This document shows, in pieces, positions 1 through 8,825 of a DNA stretch of 32,000 nucleotides (its first letter is position 1; each line of letters begins with the position of its first letter). The stretch spans positions 4,170,001 through 4,202,000 of the forward strand of contig NZ_CP015137.1 of the NCBI RefSeq assembly GCF_001644705.1, written 5' to 3'. Position numbers and translations under genes: made by a program. The notes below the pieces were generated by a model. That model had not been told where the DNA came from and made no database searches. It was given only the letters and a program-made list of their open reading frames with translations. The stretch comes from Dickeya solani IPO 2222 (GTDB lineage Bacteria > Pseudomonadota > Gammaproteobacteria > Enterobacterales > Enterobacteriaceae).

Positions 1-471
1 GGCTGGAGCCCCGCCCGCAGCGGGTTATTGCTGGGCGGGCTGACGCTGACCGAAGTGGTGGCCGGGCTGCTGGTGTCGTTGCTGATTAACCGGTTCCCGG
101 ACCGGCGCTATCTGCTGCTGCCGGTGCTGTTATTGCTGCTGCTGGGTATGGCCGGCCTGATTCTGGCGCCGCAGACGCTGGTTCTGCCGATCATGATTGC
201 GCTGGGGCTGGGTATTGGCGCGCTGTTTCCGCTGTCGCTGATTATCGCGCTGGATCAGGTGGACGACCCGCGTCAGGCGGGTGCGCTGATGGGGTTCGTG
301 CAAGGGGGCGGTTATCTGATCGCCAGCCTGATGCCGCTGCTGGCGGGCGTTATCCGGCAGTACACCAGCGGTTTAGGGCAGGCCTGGCTGATCATGGCGG
401 CAGGCGTGGTGGTGCTGATCCTGATGGCGCTGCGTTTCGCACCGCGCCATCAGGTGCCGGGGGCGGCCTAA
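1..471 (+). CDS. MFS transporter, C-terminal fragment (CynX/YeaN-like); the 5' end lies outside the window
   Basis: Frame 1 is open from base 1 to the TAA at 469-471. The product is a series of hydrophobic helices (LLPVLLLLLLGMAGLILAP, ALMGFVQGGGYLIASLMPLLAGVI) typical of the last TM segments of an MFS permease. Confidence 0.6.
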   Translation, partial: GWSPARSGLLLGGLTLTEVVAGLLVSLLINRFPDRRYLLLPVLLLLLLGMAGLILAPQTLVLPIMIALGLGIGALFPLSLIIALDQVDDPRQAGALMGFVQGGGYLIASLMPLLAGVIRQYTSGLGQAWLIMAAGVVVLILMALRFAPRHQVPGAA

Positions 472-1382
472 CGGCGTGATAACGCTAGCTGCGGCGTCAG
501 GAACAGGTTGCGGAAGTATTCCCGAACCGCCTGCATCGCCGGGGTAAACTCGGCGTCATGATACCAGGCCAGCCCGACGCTCATCGGATGAACCCGGTCT
601 TTCAGCGATCGGGTTTCGATACGCCGCCCTTCAAGCGACCAGGGGCGATACACCAGATCGGACAAGATCGCCACGCCCAGTCCGTTCGCCACCATGCTGC
701 GCACCGCCTCTACGGAACTGGTGCGCAGCATCACTTTCGGGCGATGACCGCTCAATTCCCAATAGCGCATGGCGCTGTGATCCGCTTCATCCACCGTCAG
801 CATGATAAAGGGCTCGTCGGCAACATCCGCCAGACTTACCTCCGGTTTGTCGCACAGCGGATGGCGGCTGGGCAACCATAGCCGCCGCTCCGAATTAAAC
901 AGGGGCTCGGCGGTAATTTCCGGGTGGGTAATGTTGGCGGTCAGCACCAGCGATAAGTCCAGAGAACGATCCAGCAACCCGGTTTCGATATCCTGCCGCT
1001 CGCGTTCGTTGAGATGAATGGCGACGTGGGGAAAGCCGTATGACAGTCGCTGCAGATGAAACGGCAGAAAATACCCCATCACTGTATAGCTGGCGGCCAT
1101 GTTCAGCGAACCGGTGATACGGTTGTCGGTCAGCGGAATATGCATGGCGTCATCCACGCTACGCAGCACGGCGTAGGCGTGGTTAAGGAAGTAGCTGCCG
1201 TTTTCGGTCAGCGTCATGCCGTGCACTGAGCGCAGGAATAGCGGCTTTCCCAGCAGGTTTTCCAGTTCCTGAATCGCGGCGGTCACCGCCGACTGTGAAA
1301 TGTTGAGGTGAATCGCCGCCTGGGATATCTGGCCCGTCTCCGCGGTGGCGATGAAGTAACGGATCTGGCGCAATGTGACCAT
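468..1382 (-). CDS. LysR-family transcriptional regulator
   Basis: 304 aa. The N-terminal HTH reads MVTLRQIRYFIATAETGQISQAAIHLNISQSAVTAAIQELENLLGKPLF, followed by a LysR substrate-binding-type C-terminus. It is divergent from the operon starting at 1510. Confidence 0.9.
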   Translation of the reverse strand: MVTLRQIRYFIATAETGQISQAAIHLNISQSAVTAAIQELENLLGKPLFLRSVHGMTLTENGSYFLNHAYAVLRSVDDAMHIPLTDNRITGSLNMAASYTVMGYFLPFHLQRLSYGFPHVAIHLNERERQDIETGLLDRSLDLSLVLTANITHPEITAEPLFNSERRLWLPSRHPLCDKPEVSLADVADEPFIMLTVDEADHSAMRYWELSGHRPKVMLRTSSVEAVRSMVANGLGVAILSDLVYRPWSLEGRRIETRSLKDRVHPMSVGLAWYHDAEFTPAMQAVREYFRNLFLTPQLALSRR

Positions 1383-1411
1383 AGCATGCCCCTTGTCGGT
1401 GAGCGTTCTGT

Positions 1412-1437
1412 TTTTCAGATAGCGAGCCTTCTGAAAA
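1412..1437. promoter_or_regulatory. Candidate LysR operator (inverted repeat TTTTCAGA-N10-TCTGAAAA)
   Basis: Perfect 8-bp inverted arms at 1412-1419 and 1430-1437. They lie in the 127-bp divergent intergenic region between the LysR gene and the gene at 1510, and have T-N11-A-like architecture. Confidence 0.5.
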
Positions 1438-1509
1438 TACGTCTTTCCGAATAGAAAATTGTGGTTCTATATTATTTTTAAACAAAACCATCACAAATAA
1501 GAAATAATT

Positions 1510-2292
1510 ATGAAATATGAAATCGATCTGAATTCCGATATGGGAGAAAATTTTGGTCCCTGGAAAATAGGCGATGACGTTGACCAGGCGATTATGTCTT
1601 ATATAAGTTCTGCCAATATTGCCGCCGGATTTCACGCCGGCGATCCTACCACCATACGACAGACCATTGAATGGGCCAGCGAGTATGGCGTCGCGGTCGG
1701 CGCACATCCCGGATTTCGCGATCTGGTTGGTTTTGGCCGGCGGCATATTCACAGCCAGCCGCAGGAAGTGGTGAATGACATTTTGTATCAGCTCGGGGCG
1801 CTGCGGGAATTTACCCGGCTGTATCAATTACCGTTGCAGCACGTCAAACCGCACGGCGCGCTTTATATGCATCTGGCGCGCGATCAGCCGTCCGCGCAGC
1901 TGTTTGTGGAAACCCTGCATCGGCTGGACCCTGAGTTACGGCTGTTTTGCCTGCATGGGTCATGGGCCTGGCAGGAAGCCAAAAAGCTACAACATCCTGT
2001 TATTTGTGAATTTTATGGCGACAGAGAGTACGACGCCAGCGGCTCGATCGTCTTTACCCGCCGGGTGGGTGAACTGGACCCGGCGCGTGTAGCGGCGAAA
2101 GTGGTGCGCGCCTGTGTGGAAGGCAAAGTGACGACGGTCGATGGCGAAGATATTCATGTCGAGTTTGAGTCGATTTGTATTCACAGCGATACGCCCGGCG
2201 CGCTGGCATTAATTAAAGCGACGCGGGAAGCATTAAATAACGCCAATATTCGCGTGCGCTCACCGTTGCAGAGCAGTGTTAATAATCGGTAA
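1510..2292 (+). CDS. LamB/YcsF (PxpA) family lactam-utilisation / 5-oxoprolinase subunit A-like protein
   Basis: 260 aa. The N-terminus [23 protein letters not shown]..., the AAGFHAGDP motif and the later VKPHGALY and IHSDTPGA motifs are characteristic of the LamB/YcsF family. Confidence 0.85.
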   Translation: MKYEIDLNSDMGENFGPWKIGDDVDQAIMSYISSANIAAGFHAGDPTTIRQTIEWASEYGVAVGAHPGFRDLVGFGRRHIHSQPQEVVNDILYQLGALREFTRLYQLPLQHVKPHGALYMHLARDQPSAQLFVETLHRLDPELRLFCLHGSWAWQEAKKLQHPVICEFYGDREYDASGSIVFTRRVGELDPARVAAKVVRACVEGKVTTVDGEDIHVEFESICIHSDTPGALALIKATREALNNANIRVRSPLQSSVNNR

Positions 2293-2321
2293 TTGATAAA
2301 TAATTATAAGGATTGAGGCTA

Positions 2322-2570
2322 ATGAAAACATATGAGGTTTGTTCTCCTTTGCCGGGTATTTTTTATCGTCAGCCCGCGCCGGATGCCCCCGTGTTTATTG
2401 AAGAAAACACCCCGGTTACCGCGAATAGTGTTATTGGTTTGGTCGAGGTCATGAAACAGTTCAGTGAAATTTATGCGGAGCAGGCTGGCGAATTAATGTC
2501 TTTCTGTGTGAATAGCGGCGATGCGCTGGAGCCGGGTCAGGTTATAGCCATCATAAAAATCGATGAATAA
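2322..2570 (+). CDS. Stand-alone biotinyl (BCCP-like) domain protein
   Basis: About 82 aa starting at the ATG at 2322, with AAGGA about 9 nt upstream (the ORF track starts at TTG 2313). It has the biotin-attachment-type motif GLVEVMKQF and a hammerhead-like C-terminus, PGQVIAIIKID. Confidence 0.75.
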   Translation: MKTYEVCSPLPGIFYRQPAPDAPVFIEENTPVTANSVIGLVEVMKQFSEIYAEQAGELMSFCVNSGDALEPGQVIAIIKIDE

Positions 2571-2623
2571 CGGTAAAACCTACAACACAGCCTAATAACG
2601 ACTCAATCAGGAGAGTGGCGAAG

Positions 2624-4009
2624 ATGCGTCAGCCGATCAGAAAATTGCTTATCGCCAACCGAGGGGAAATTGCCGTTCGCATTATTCATGCCGCCCGTAG
2701 TCTGGGGATTGCTACGGTAGCCGCCTGCAGCGAGGCCGATGCCGACTCGTTGCCTGCACGTCTGGCGGATGAAAAGGTACTGCTGGGGCCGGCGCGCGCC
2801 GACCAGAGTTACCTGAATCAGGCGGCGTTGTTGCAGGCGGCCAAAGACAGCGGAGCGGATGCGGTACATCCAGGATACGGTTTTCTGTCCGAGAATGCCG
2901 CATTCGCCGAGGCGGTAGAGCAGGCTGGGCTGGTGTTTGTCGGCCCGACGGCGGAAACCATCCGCATGATGGGTGACAAAGCGGCGGCGCGACGTACCGC
3001 GCAAGCGGCGGGGATGCCGGTTGTGCCCGGTTCGGGGGTATTGTCGTCGCTGGAGGCGGCGTTACAGGCCGCTGGGGAGATCGGCTATCCGCTGCTGATC
3101 AAAGCGGCGGCGGGCGGCGGCGGGCGCGGCATCCGGGTTGTTAACCATGAGGACGACCTGAAGCGTGAGCTTCCGATCGCCCAGAGCGAGGCGAGGGCTG
3201 CGTTCGGGTGCGGCGATGTTTATCTGGAGTTGTTTATTCGCCATGCCCGCCATATCGAAGTGCAAATTCTGGGCGACGGCGAGCGGGCGGTACACCTGTA
3301 TGAACGCGAATGTTCGTTGCAACGCCGCCGCCAGAAAGTATTTGAAGAGGCGCCGTCGCCGGCGTTGACGCCGACACAGCGCGAAGCGTTGTGTCGCAGC
3401 GCGCTGCAACTGGCGCAACAGTTGCGCTACCGCAGCGCCGGGACGCTGGAATACCTGTTCGATGCCGAGCGAGAACAGTTCTATTTTATCGAAATGAACA
3501 CCCGCATTCAGGTTGAACACCCGGTCACGGAGCGGGTTACCGGCGTCGATTTGGTACAGTGGATGCTGCGTATCGCCGGCGGCGAACCGCTTAGCCTGCA
3601 TCAGGCGGAGATCGGTCTGCACGGCCATGCCTGTGAGATGCGCATCAACGCTGAAGATCCAGCACGTAATTTCTTCCCTTGTCCCGGCGTCGTGGACACG
3701 CTGACGTGGCCGCAAGGCCCCGGTATTCGTATCGATAGCCATCTGTTTAGCGGTTACCGCGTCCCGCCGTATTACGACTCCCTGCTGGCCAAAGTGGTGG
3801 TATCCGGACCGACGCGCCAGCAGACGCTGGCCCGTGCCGAGCAGGCGCTGGATCAGTTGGAAATCGGCGGCATCACCACCACGCAGTCATTGCATCAATG
3901 GCTGCTGGCGGATTCCCGGCTGCGTGCCGGGCACTTTGATACCACCTCGCTGGAAAGCTGGCTGCAGGCGCGAGAAGCCGAATCACTGTCGCTGTCGAAG
4001 GAGGCCTGA
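2624..4009 (+). CDS. Biotin carboxylase (AccC-like, ATP-grasp)
   Basis: LLIANRGEIAVRIIHAAR..., HPGYGFLSENAAFA, GYPLLIKAAAGGGGRGIRVV and FIEMNTRIQVEHPVTE are canonical biotin carboxylase motifs. I prefer the ATG at 2624 (AGGAG at 2609-2613) over the track's GTG at 2615. Confidence 0.9.
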   Translation: MRQPIRKLLIANRGEIAVRIIHAARSLGIATVAACSEADADSLPARLADEKVLLGPARADQSYLNQAALLQAAKDSGADAVHPGYGFLSENAAFAEAVEQAGLVFVGPTAETIRMMGDKAAARRTAQAAGMPVVPGSGVLSSLEAALQAAGEIGYPLLIKAAAGGGGRGIRVVNHEDDLKRELPIAQSEARAAFGCGDVYLELFIRHARHIEVQILGDGERAVHLYERECSLQRRRQKVFEEAPSPALTPTQREALCRSALQLAQQLRYRSAGTLEYLFDAEREQFYFIEMNTRIQVEHPVTERVTGVDLVQWMLRIAGGEPLSLHQAEIGLHGHACEMRINAEDPARNFFPCPGVVDTLTWPQGPGIRIDSHLFSGYRVPPYYDSLLAKVVVSGPTRQQTLARAEQALDQLEIGGITTTQSLHQWLLADSRLRAGHFDTTSLESWLQAREAESLSLSKEA

Positions 4010-4010
4010 G

Positions 4011-4895
4011 ATGACGTTTCCTGCAATACGTTACACCTTTGGCGGCGATGAACACCTGTTCGCCGAGATTGATGAAGCGATGTCGCTGGGCGCGTTTTTC
4101 CGCGGGCTGGCGATGACCCGTGCGCTGGAGCAGCAGGCGCTACCCGGTGTGCTGGATATTTGCCTGGCCAATGCGTCCTTTCAGGTGCGCTTCAATCCGG
4201 ATGTGATCGCGCCGCAGGCGCTGCTGGAGACGGTACAGCGTACCGAACAGCAGGCGCAGACGATGACGGTGCTCGACACGCGCATCATCGAAATTCCGGT
4301 GCTGTACAACGACCCCTGGACCCACGACACCCTGATGCGGTTTCGCGATCGCCATCAGGACCCGGCGGCCACCGACCTGGAATATGCCGCGCGCCTCAAC
4401 GGTTATCAGGATGTGGCGGCGTTCATTGCGGCGCACAGCGGCACGCCGTGGTTCGTGTCGATGGTGGGATTTGTCGCGGGATTGCCGTTCATGTTTCAGA
4501 TGGTGGAGCAGGCGCAGCAGCTCCAGGTGCCGAAATACCTGCGGCCGCGTACCGACACCCCCAAGCTGTCGCTGGGGCACGGCGGTTGTTTCGGTTGTAT
4601 CTACTCGGTGCGGGGCGCGGGCGGCTACCAGCTGTTTGGCGTCACCCCGGCGCCGATTTACGACCCGGAACAACGTCTGGATTATTTGCAATCGTCGATG
4701 GTGTTTTTCCGTGCGGGCGACATCGTGCAGTTCAAACCTATCGACCTGGCCCGCTATGAACAGGGCATACAGGCGGTTGACGCCGGTAGCTTCAGCCTGC
4801 GCATTCGTCCGGTAACGTTTGAACTGGATAAGTTCCTCGCCGACCCGGCTGGCTATAAACACTATCTTCAGGGGGTGCTGTATGCAGATATCTAG
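4011..4895 (+). CDS. KipI / PxpB / allophanate hydrolase subunit 1 family protein
   Basis: The ATG at 4011 sits one nt after the biotin carboxylase stop; the track ORF (3834) over-extends upstream. The product MTFPAIRYTFGGDEHLFAEIDE...VLDICLANASFQVRFNPD...IIEIPVLYNDPWT resembles the carboxyltransferase (CT) subunit 1 family. Confidence 0.75.
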   Translation: MTFPAIRYTFGGDEHLFAEIDEAMSLGAFFRGLAMTRALEQQALPGVLDICLANASFQVRFNPDVIAPQALLETVQRTEQQAQTMTVLDTRIIEIPVLYNDPWTHDTLMRFRDRHQDPAATDLEYAARLNGYQDVAAFIAAHSGTPWFVSMVGFVAGLPFMFQMVEQAQQLQVPKYLRPRTDTPKLSLGHGGCFGCIYSVRGAGGYQLFGVTPAPIYDPEQRLDYLQSSMVFFRAGDIVQFKPIDLARYEQGIQAVDAGSFSLRIRPVTFELDKFLADPAGYKHYLQGVLYADI

Positions 4896-5898
4896 TGTGC
4901 GGATCATATCTGGTGTGCGGATCAATGTCACCCGGCCGGGGCTGGCGACCTCAGTACAAGATGGTGGGCGCGAAGGCTATTACCACCTCGGCATTCCGCC
5001 GTCCGGCGGGCTGGATCAGTATTCATTGCGGCTGGCGAATTTGCTGGTGGGCAATCCGGCGCAGGCTGCCGTACTGGAAATGACGTTGCTGGGGCCGGAA
5101 TTGCAGTTTGAAGGCGATGCGCTGGTGGCGGTGTGCGGCGCGCGGATGTCGCCGCTGCTGGACGGCATGGCGATGCCGTTGGATACCACGTTTACGGTGC
5201 GCGCCGGCCAGGTGTTGCGGTTTGCGCCGACCACGGCCGGATGCCGCGCCTATCTGGCGGTGGCAGGCGGCATTGCGGTGCCGGAGGTGCTGGACAGCCG
5301 CTCGACCTATGCGCTCGGTGCGCTGGGCGGTTATAAGGGGCGCCGGCTGGCCGCCAATGATGTACTGCCGGTCGGCGTGCCGTCACGCCAGGCCACGCCG
5401 GAAGTGACGGTGCCCGCCGACTGTCTCCAGCCGCTGGACAAGCAGGTGACGTTACGCATGGTGACCGGGTTGTACATTCACCGGCTGACCCCGGCGGCGG
5501 TAGAACAGTTTTTTGCCGACGACTGGCGGGTCGGCACCGAAGCCGACCGTATCGGCTACCGGCTCAAAGGCGGGGCGCCGCTGGCGTTTGAGCCGCGCAC
5601 GCCGCCGTTTGGCGCCGGCTCGGATCCATCCAACATTGTCGATGCCTGCTACCCCATCGGCTCGGTGCAGGTGCCGGGCGGTCTGGAGCCGATCATTCTG
5701 CTGCGCGATGCGGTGTCCGGCGGTGGTTACATGACGCTGGGGACGGTGATCAGCAGCGATCTGGACATCATCGGGCAGTTGCAACCCCATTACGGCGTTC
5801 GTTTTGCGCCCGTATCGCTGGAGGAGGCGCTGGTCGCCCGGCAGCACTATCGCCGCCGTCTTGAGCGGCTGACGCTGTTGTTAACAAACGGATGTTAG
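4882..5898 (+). CDS. KipA / PxpC / allophanate hydrolase subunit 2 family protein
   Basis: The ATG at 4882 overlaps the upstream stop by 14 nt. VTRPGLATSVQDGGREGYYHLGIPPSGGLDQYSLRLANLLVGN and the later GGLEPIILLRDAVSGGGY are typical of this family. The track start at 4819 is probably too early. Confidence 0.8.
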   Translation: MQISSVRIISGVRINVTRPGLATSVQDGGREGYYHLGIPPSGGLDQYSLRLANLLVGNPAQAAVLEMTLLGPELQFEGDALVAVCGARMSPLLDGMAMPLDTTFTVRAGQVLRFAPTTAGCRAYLAVAGGIAVPEVLDSRSTYALGALGGYKGRRLAANDVLPVGVPSRQATPEVTVPADCLQPLDKQVTLRMVTGLYIHRLTPAAVEQFFADDWRVGTEADRIGYRLKGGAPLAFEPRTPPFGAGSDPSNIVDACYPIGSVQVPGGLEPIILLRDAVSGGGYMTLGTVISSDLDIIGQLQPHYGVRFAPVSLEEALVARQHYRRRLERLTLLLTNGC

Positions 5899-6121
5899 CG
5901 CACTGATTTCAGACGGTCCCGCCGATTTTCCCTGCGCCAACACCAGGAACGGCAACGGCGGCGGGACATCGTCTGACATACCGGACCAGGTAAGCGACCG
6001 TGCGGTTTTTGCCGCGGCGGCGGACGGGTTCGGCCATAACGCATGCCGCCACGTTGTATCAGGTGGTATTGGTGTGACGCCGGCGGCATGCCATCAAATA
6101 CGGGTCTGTGGAGGGGTTGCG

Positions 6122-7426
6122 ATGGCTGAGGTATCTGATGTTCAGGGGGCAGCGGCGGCATCGCCTGCCGATACGGTGTCCGGCACCGAGCGCATGGGAA
6201 AACTGTCGCTGACCATGGCCTGGTGGGCGGTGTGCAGCGCGATTTTCTATATTGTGGTGGGGGCGTCGCTGGCGCTGAATTACGGCGCGCGCAATGCCAT
6301 TATCGGTATGGTGCTGTCCGTAGTGTGCTACGGGTTGATCAACGCAGCCATTAGCCGTTTCGCTATTCGCAGCGGTCTGTCGGTGGCGGCGTTTTCCGGC
6401 CAGTTGTTCGGTCAGGCGGGGTCGGCGCTGGCGACGCTGATTTTTTTCTCCACCGCCATTTATTACGCGGTGTTTGAAGGCTCGGTGATTGCGTTCGCCA
6501 TCAATCATCTGTTCCCGTCGCTGGATTATCACTGGGCCGCGTTGCTGGTGGTGCTCTACAGCGTGCCGCTGATTTTCGGCAGCGTGCAGCACTGGCTGGA
6601 CAAGTTCAACGGCGTGCTGCTGCCGTTTTACCTGCTCGGGCTAGCGCTGACGGTGGCGGTGTCCGTCCAGCATTACGGCTATCAGCCGCAATGGCTGTCA
6701 TTCGGCCCGGCATCGCCGCCCGCCTATGGTTGGTGGAACTGCTTCACCTACTACATGGGGGTGTGGATTTTAATGATGTACACCTTCGACTACGCCCGGT
6801 TTGGCCGTCAGGAAGACAGTGAGTATCACGCGCGTATCAATTTCGGTATGCCGTTCTATCTGATCACGTTTCTGCTAAACGGAGTGGTTGGCATCTATCT
6901 GGTCAGCAGTTTCGCCCAGCAGAATGGCGCCAGTGAAACCGCGGTAGTGGTCAATATCCTCAACCTGTTGGGTTTCTGGGGGCTGCTGTTCGTGTGGGTC
7001 ACCCAGACACGCATCAATACCGCCAACTATTATCTGGCTACCGTTAACATGCAGGTGTTTTTTGACCGGCTGCTGCGGCTGCGCTATCGCAAGATTGTCT
7101 GGGCCTGCGTGGTGGGGGCGGCGGTATATGTACTGATGCTGGCGGATGTGTTCGCCTATATTTTGCAGGCGCTGGCTTATCAGGGCGTATTTGTGGTGGC
7201 GTGGGTCGGCGTGGCGCTGGCGCATATTCTGGCCCGCCGCGCCCCATCGACCACGGCGCCGGTGCGCGCGTTTAATCTGACCGGCCTGGGCGCCTGGCTG
7301 CTGAGCGTGATCGCCGGCGTCGCGCTGATGCACGGCAACGCGGTGCTACAGTCGTTTTCCGCACCGGTGACCTTTGTCGTTGCGCTGGCGCTGTATTGGC
7401 GGTTGTCGCATAACCGTCGCGTCTGA
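6122..7426 (+). CDS. NCS1-type (purine-cytosine/allantoin/hydantoin family) permease
   Basis: A polytopic membrane protein of about 434 aa with roughly 12 predicted TM helices. The ATG at 6122 is preceded by GGAGGGG (6110-6116). The family call rests on overall pattern only. Confidence 0.6.
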   Translation: MAEVSDVQGAAAASPADTVSGTERMGKLSLTMAWWAVCSAIFYIVVGASLALNYGARNAIIGMVLSVVCYGLINAAISRFAIRSGLSVAAFSGQLFGQAGSALATLIFFSTAIYYAVFEGSVIAFAINHLFPSLDYHWAALLVVLYSVPLIFGSVQHWLDKFNGVLLPFYLLGLALTVAVSVQHYGYQPQWLSFGPASPPAYGWWNCFTYYMGVWILMMYTFDYARFGRQEDSEYHARINFGMPFYLITFLLNGVVGIYLVSSFAQQNGASETAVVVNILNLLGFWGLLFVWVTQTRINTANYYLATVNMQVFFDRLLRLRYRKIVWACVVGAAVYVLMLADVFAYILQALAYQGVFVVAWVGVALAHILARRAPSTTAPVRAFNLTGLGAWLLSVIAGVALMHGNAVLQSFSAPVTFVVALALYWRLSHNRRV

Positions 7427-7573
7427 TGATGCAGGGCAGGGAGGCCCGCACGTTGCCTGATGTCCTCATTTCCTTGTGGTCTTTCATGTCAATGTGCATA
7501 TACCGTAACCAACCGGCTATTAAGGCATTAGAACACGAATATTAAATTTTTATTATTCCTGCTTGCGATATTT

Positions 7574-7600
7574 CGCCCCGATTTTCATCGGGGCTTTTTT
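7574..7600 (+). terminator. Rho-independent terminator
   Basis: CGCCCCGA-ttttca-TCGGGGC followed by TTTTTT, about 150 nt after the permease stop. Confidence 0.7.
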
Positions 7601-8110
7601 ATAAATAATATTTAAGAATGCTTGTCTGATATTGATGGAGTCGTTGCAGGTTGTCCGTTGCTGTATAGAAATGTTTATTTTCTTTGGTTTTATGGCGATA
7701 GATTTTCTGATGCGATAGTTGGGAGTATTCTGATATCGATGTGGGTGATGCCGAATAATATCTATGTTACTTATTTTTTAATCCGTAATTAGTTTTGTCA
7801 TTGCTGCGTGTCGTGATGAAACTGAGGAGGCCACGAGTCCACTATAGTGTATGTAATAAATCCGTATTGAGATAAGACATAGTTGATTTTTATAAAAATG
7901 ACAGTCGGGACAGTAATATTGCGACTGTACCTTGTCATGGTGAGTTGTATAAACGCAGAAGTAAGCACTTGAAGATTGATACGTCGCTTGCTGCGCTAGG
8001 TACTGATGATATGGGGCAATAAAATTCCTTGCTCCTGAGTAAATAAGCGTGTTTTTTTAAATAAAGGTTTTTCTGGTTGTTATCACAATCTCCAACATCA
8101 GAGGTGAGTT

Positions 8111-8518
8111 ATGAATTATAGTAAATGTTTTTTTTCTTTCGTGGTCGGTGGGTATTTGTTGTCTTCTACTACGGTATGGGCGGTGCGGGAGAATGATCCC
8201 AAATCTTTATTCGTCCCATACGTGGCAGGTAAAACCGAGACGCTTGTGGTTAATGGAACTAAGTTTTGTGTTGCGCTATTTCGACCAGATGGTAAAAATA
8301 TAGAAGAAAATAAACGTTTTATTGAAATAGGGAGTCTTCATACTGCTATCCTGCCCGCAGACCATCCTGCAAAGCTTGATGTTGTTTATATGAAAACGAT
8401 GCCTTCAGATGCTAAGGAAAAATGTGAAAATGACGTGAATAATCCGAATAATAAAATAAAAAGAGGCGTGCATTTTAATCTTACAGCCGTTGATCTAAAA
8501 GATTTAGATCCAAGTTAA
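8111..8518 (+). CDS. Small secreted protein, paralog A (unknown family)
   Basis: 135 aa. GAGGTGA lies 5 nt upstream of the ATG. Sec-type signal peptide MNYSKCFFSFVVGGYLLSSTTVWA|VR, with 2 Cys in the mature part. AT-rich codon usage. Shares motifs with the 8826 gene (FCVALFRPDGK/YCVTISRMDQK, KLDVVY/KLHVVF, HFN..D..D.S/HFYNEFDAISMSDVP). Confidence 0.75.
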   Translation: MNYSKCFFSFVVGGYLLSSTTVWAVRENDPKSLFVPYVAGKTETLVVNGTKFCVALFRPDGKNIEENKRFIEIGSLHTAILPADHPAKLDVVYMKTMPSDAKEKCENDVNNPNNKIKRGVHFNLTAVDLKDLDPS

Positions 8519-8522
8519 TTGC

Positions 8523-8682
8523 GTGACTAGCGCTGTTCCCCAAACGATAAAACGCTATGTCGTTTTTTTATAAAACGTTAGTGAGGGGCAAGATACAGCA
8601 ATGTACTTGCAGCGAGAATGGGAAAAAAGATAAGCACTTTTATTATGAATTTGATGCGATAAGCCTGGACGATGTGCCCTGA
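8523..8682 (+). pseudogene. 5'-truncated, frameshifted third copy of the small secreted protein family
   Basis: Nucleotide homology to 9045-9200 of paralog B: gtgactagcgctgttccccaaacgataaaacgctatgtcgttttttt vs gcgactaccgccgttccccggccgataaagctccatgtcgtttttt. The T-run is T7 here and T6 in B. After the shift the frame reads ...KDKHFYYEFDAISLDDVP*, against B's ...KDKHFYNEFDAISMSDVP*. Confidence 0.7.
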
Positions 8683-8825
8683 TGGTCTGGTTACTATGCT
8701 CCGGCAGTTGTCGCTTACTGTCGTTTGTGAGGAGACTTCGGATAATGGAATACCTCACATTCTGAGAGATGTTACTAATAATAAGAATATTGTTTTGTTC
8801 ATTTTCACAACATCAGAGGTGAATT

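Noticed and set aside
1183-1827. 214-aa minus-strand ORF spanning the LysR/pxpA-like divergent region
   Set aside because: It overlaps both the 5' end of the LysR gene (different frame) and the PxpA-like gene (antisense). It also crosses the AT-rich promoter region, and nothing supports it.
3062-3742. 226-aa minus-strand ORF
   Set aside because: It is antisense to the biotin carboxylase gene, which is unambiguous.
4140-4931. 263-aa minus-strand ORF, plus several + strand alternative-frame ORFs in 4160-5407
   Set aside because: They overlap the KipI/KipA-like genes, whose frames carry family motifs. The products are Arg-rich, as expected for GC-rich off-frame translation.
8555-8758. 67-aa minus-strand ORF in the AT-rich cassette
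   Set aside because: The region is better explained as the + strand remnant of the small-protein paralog and its conserved downstream module.
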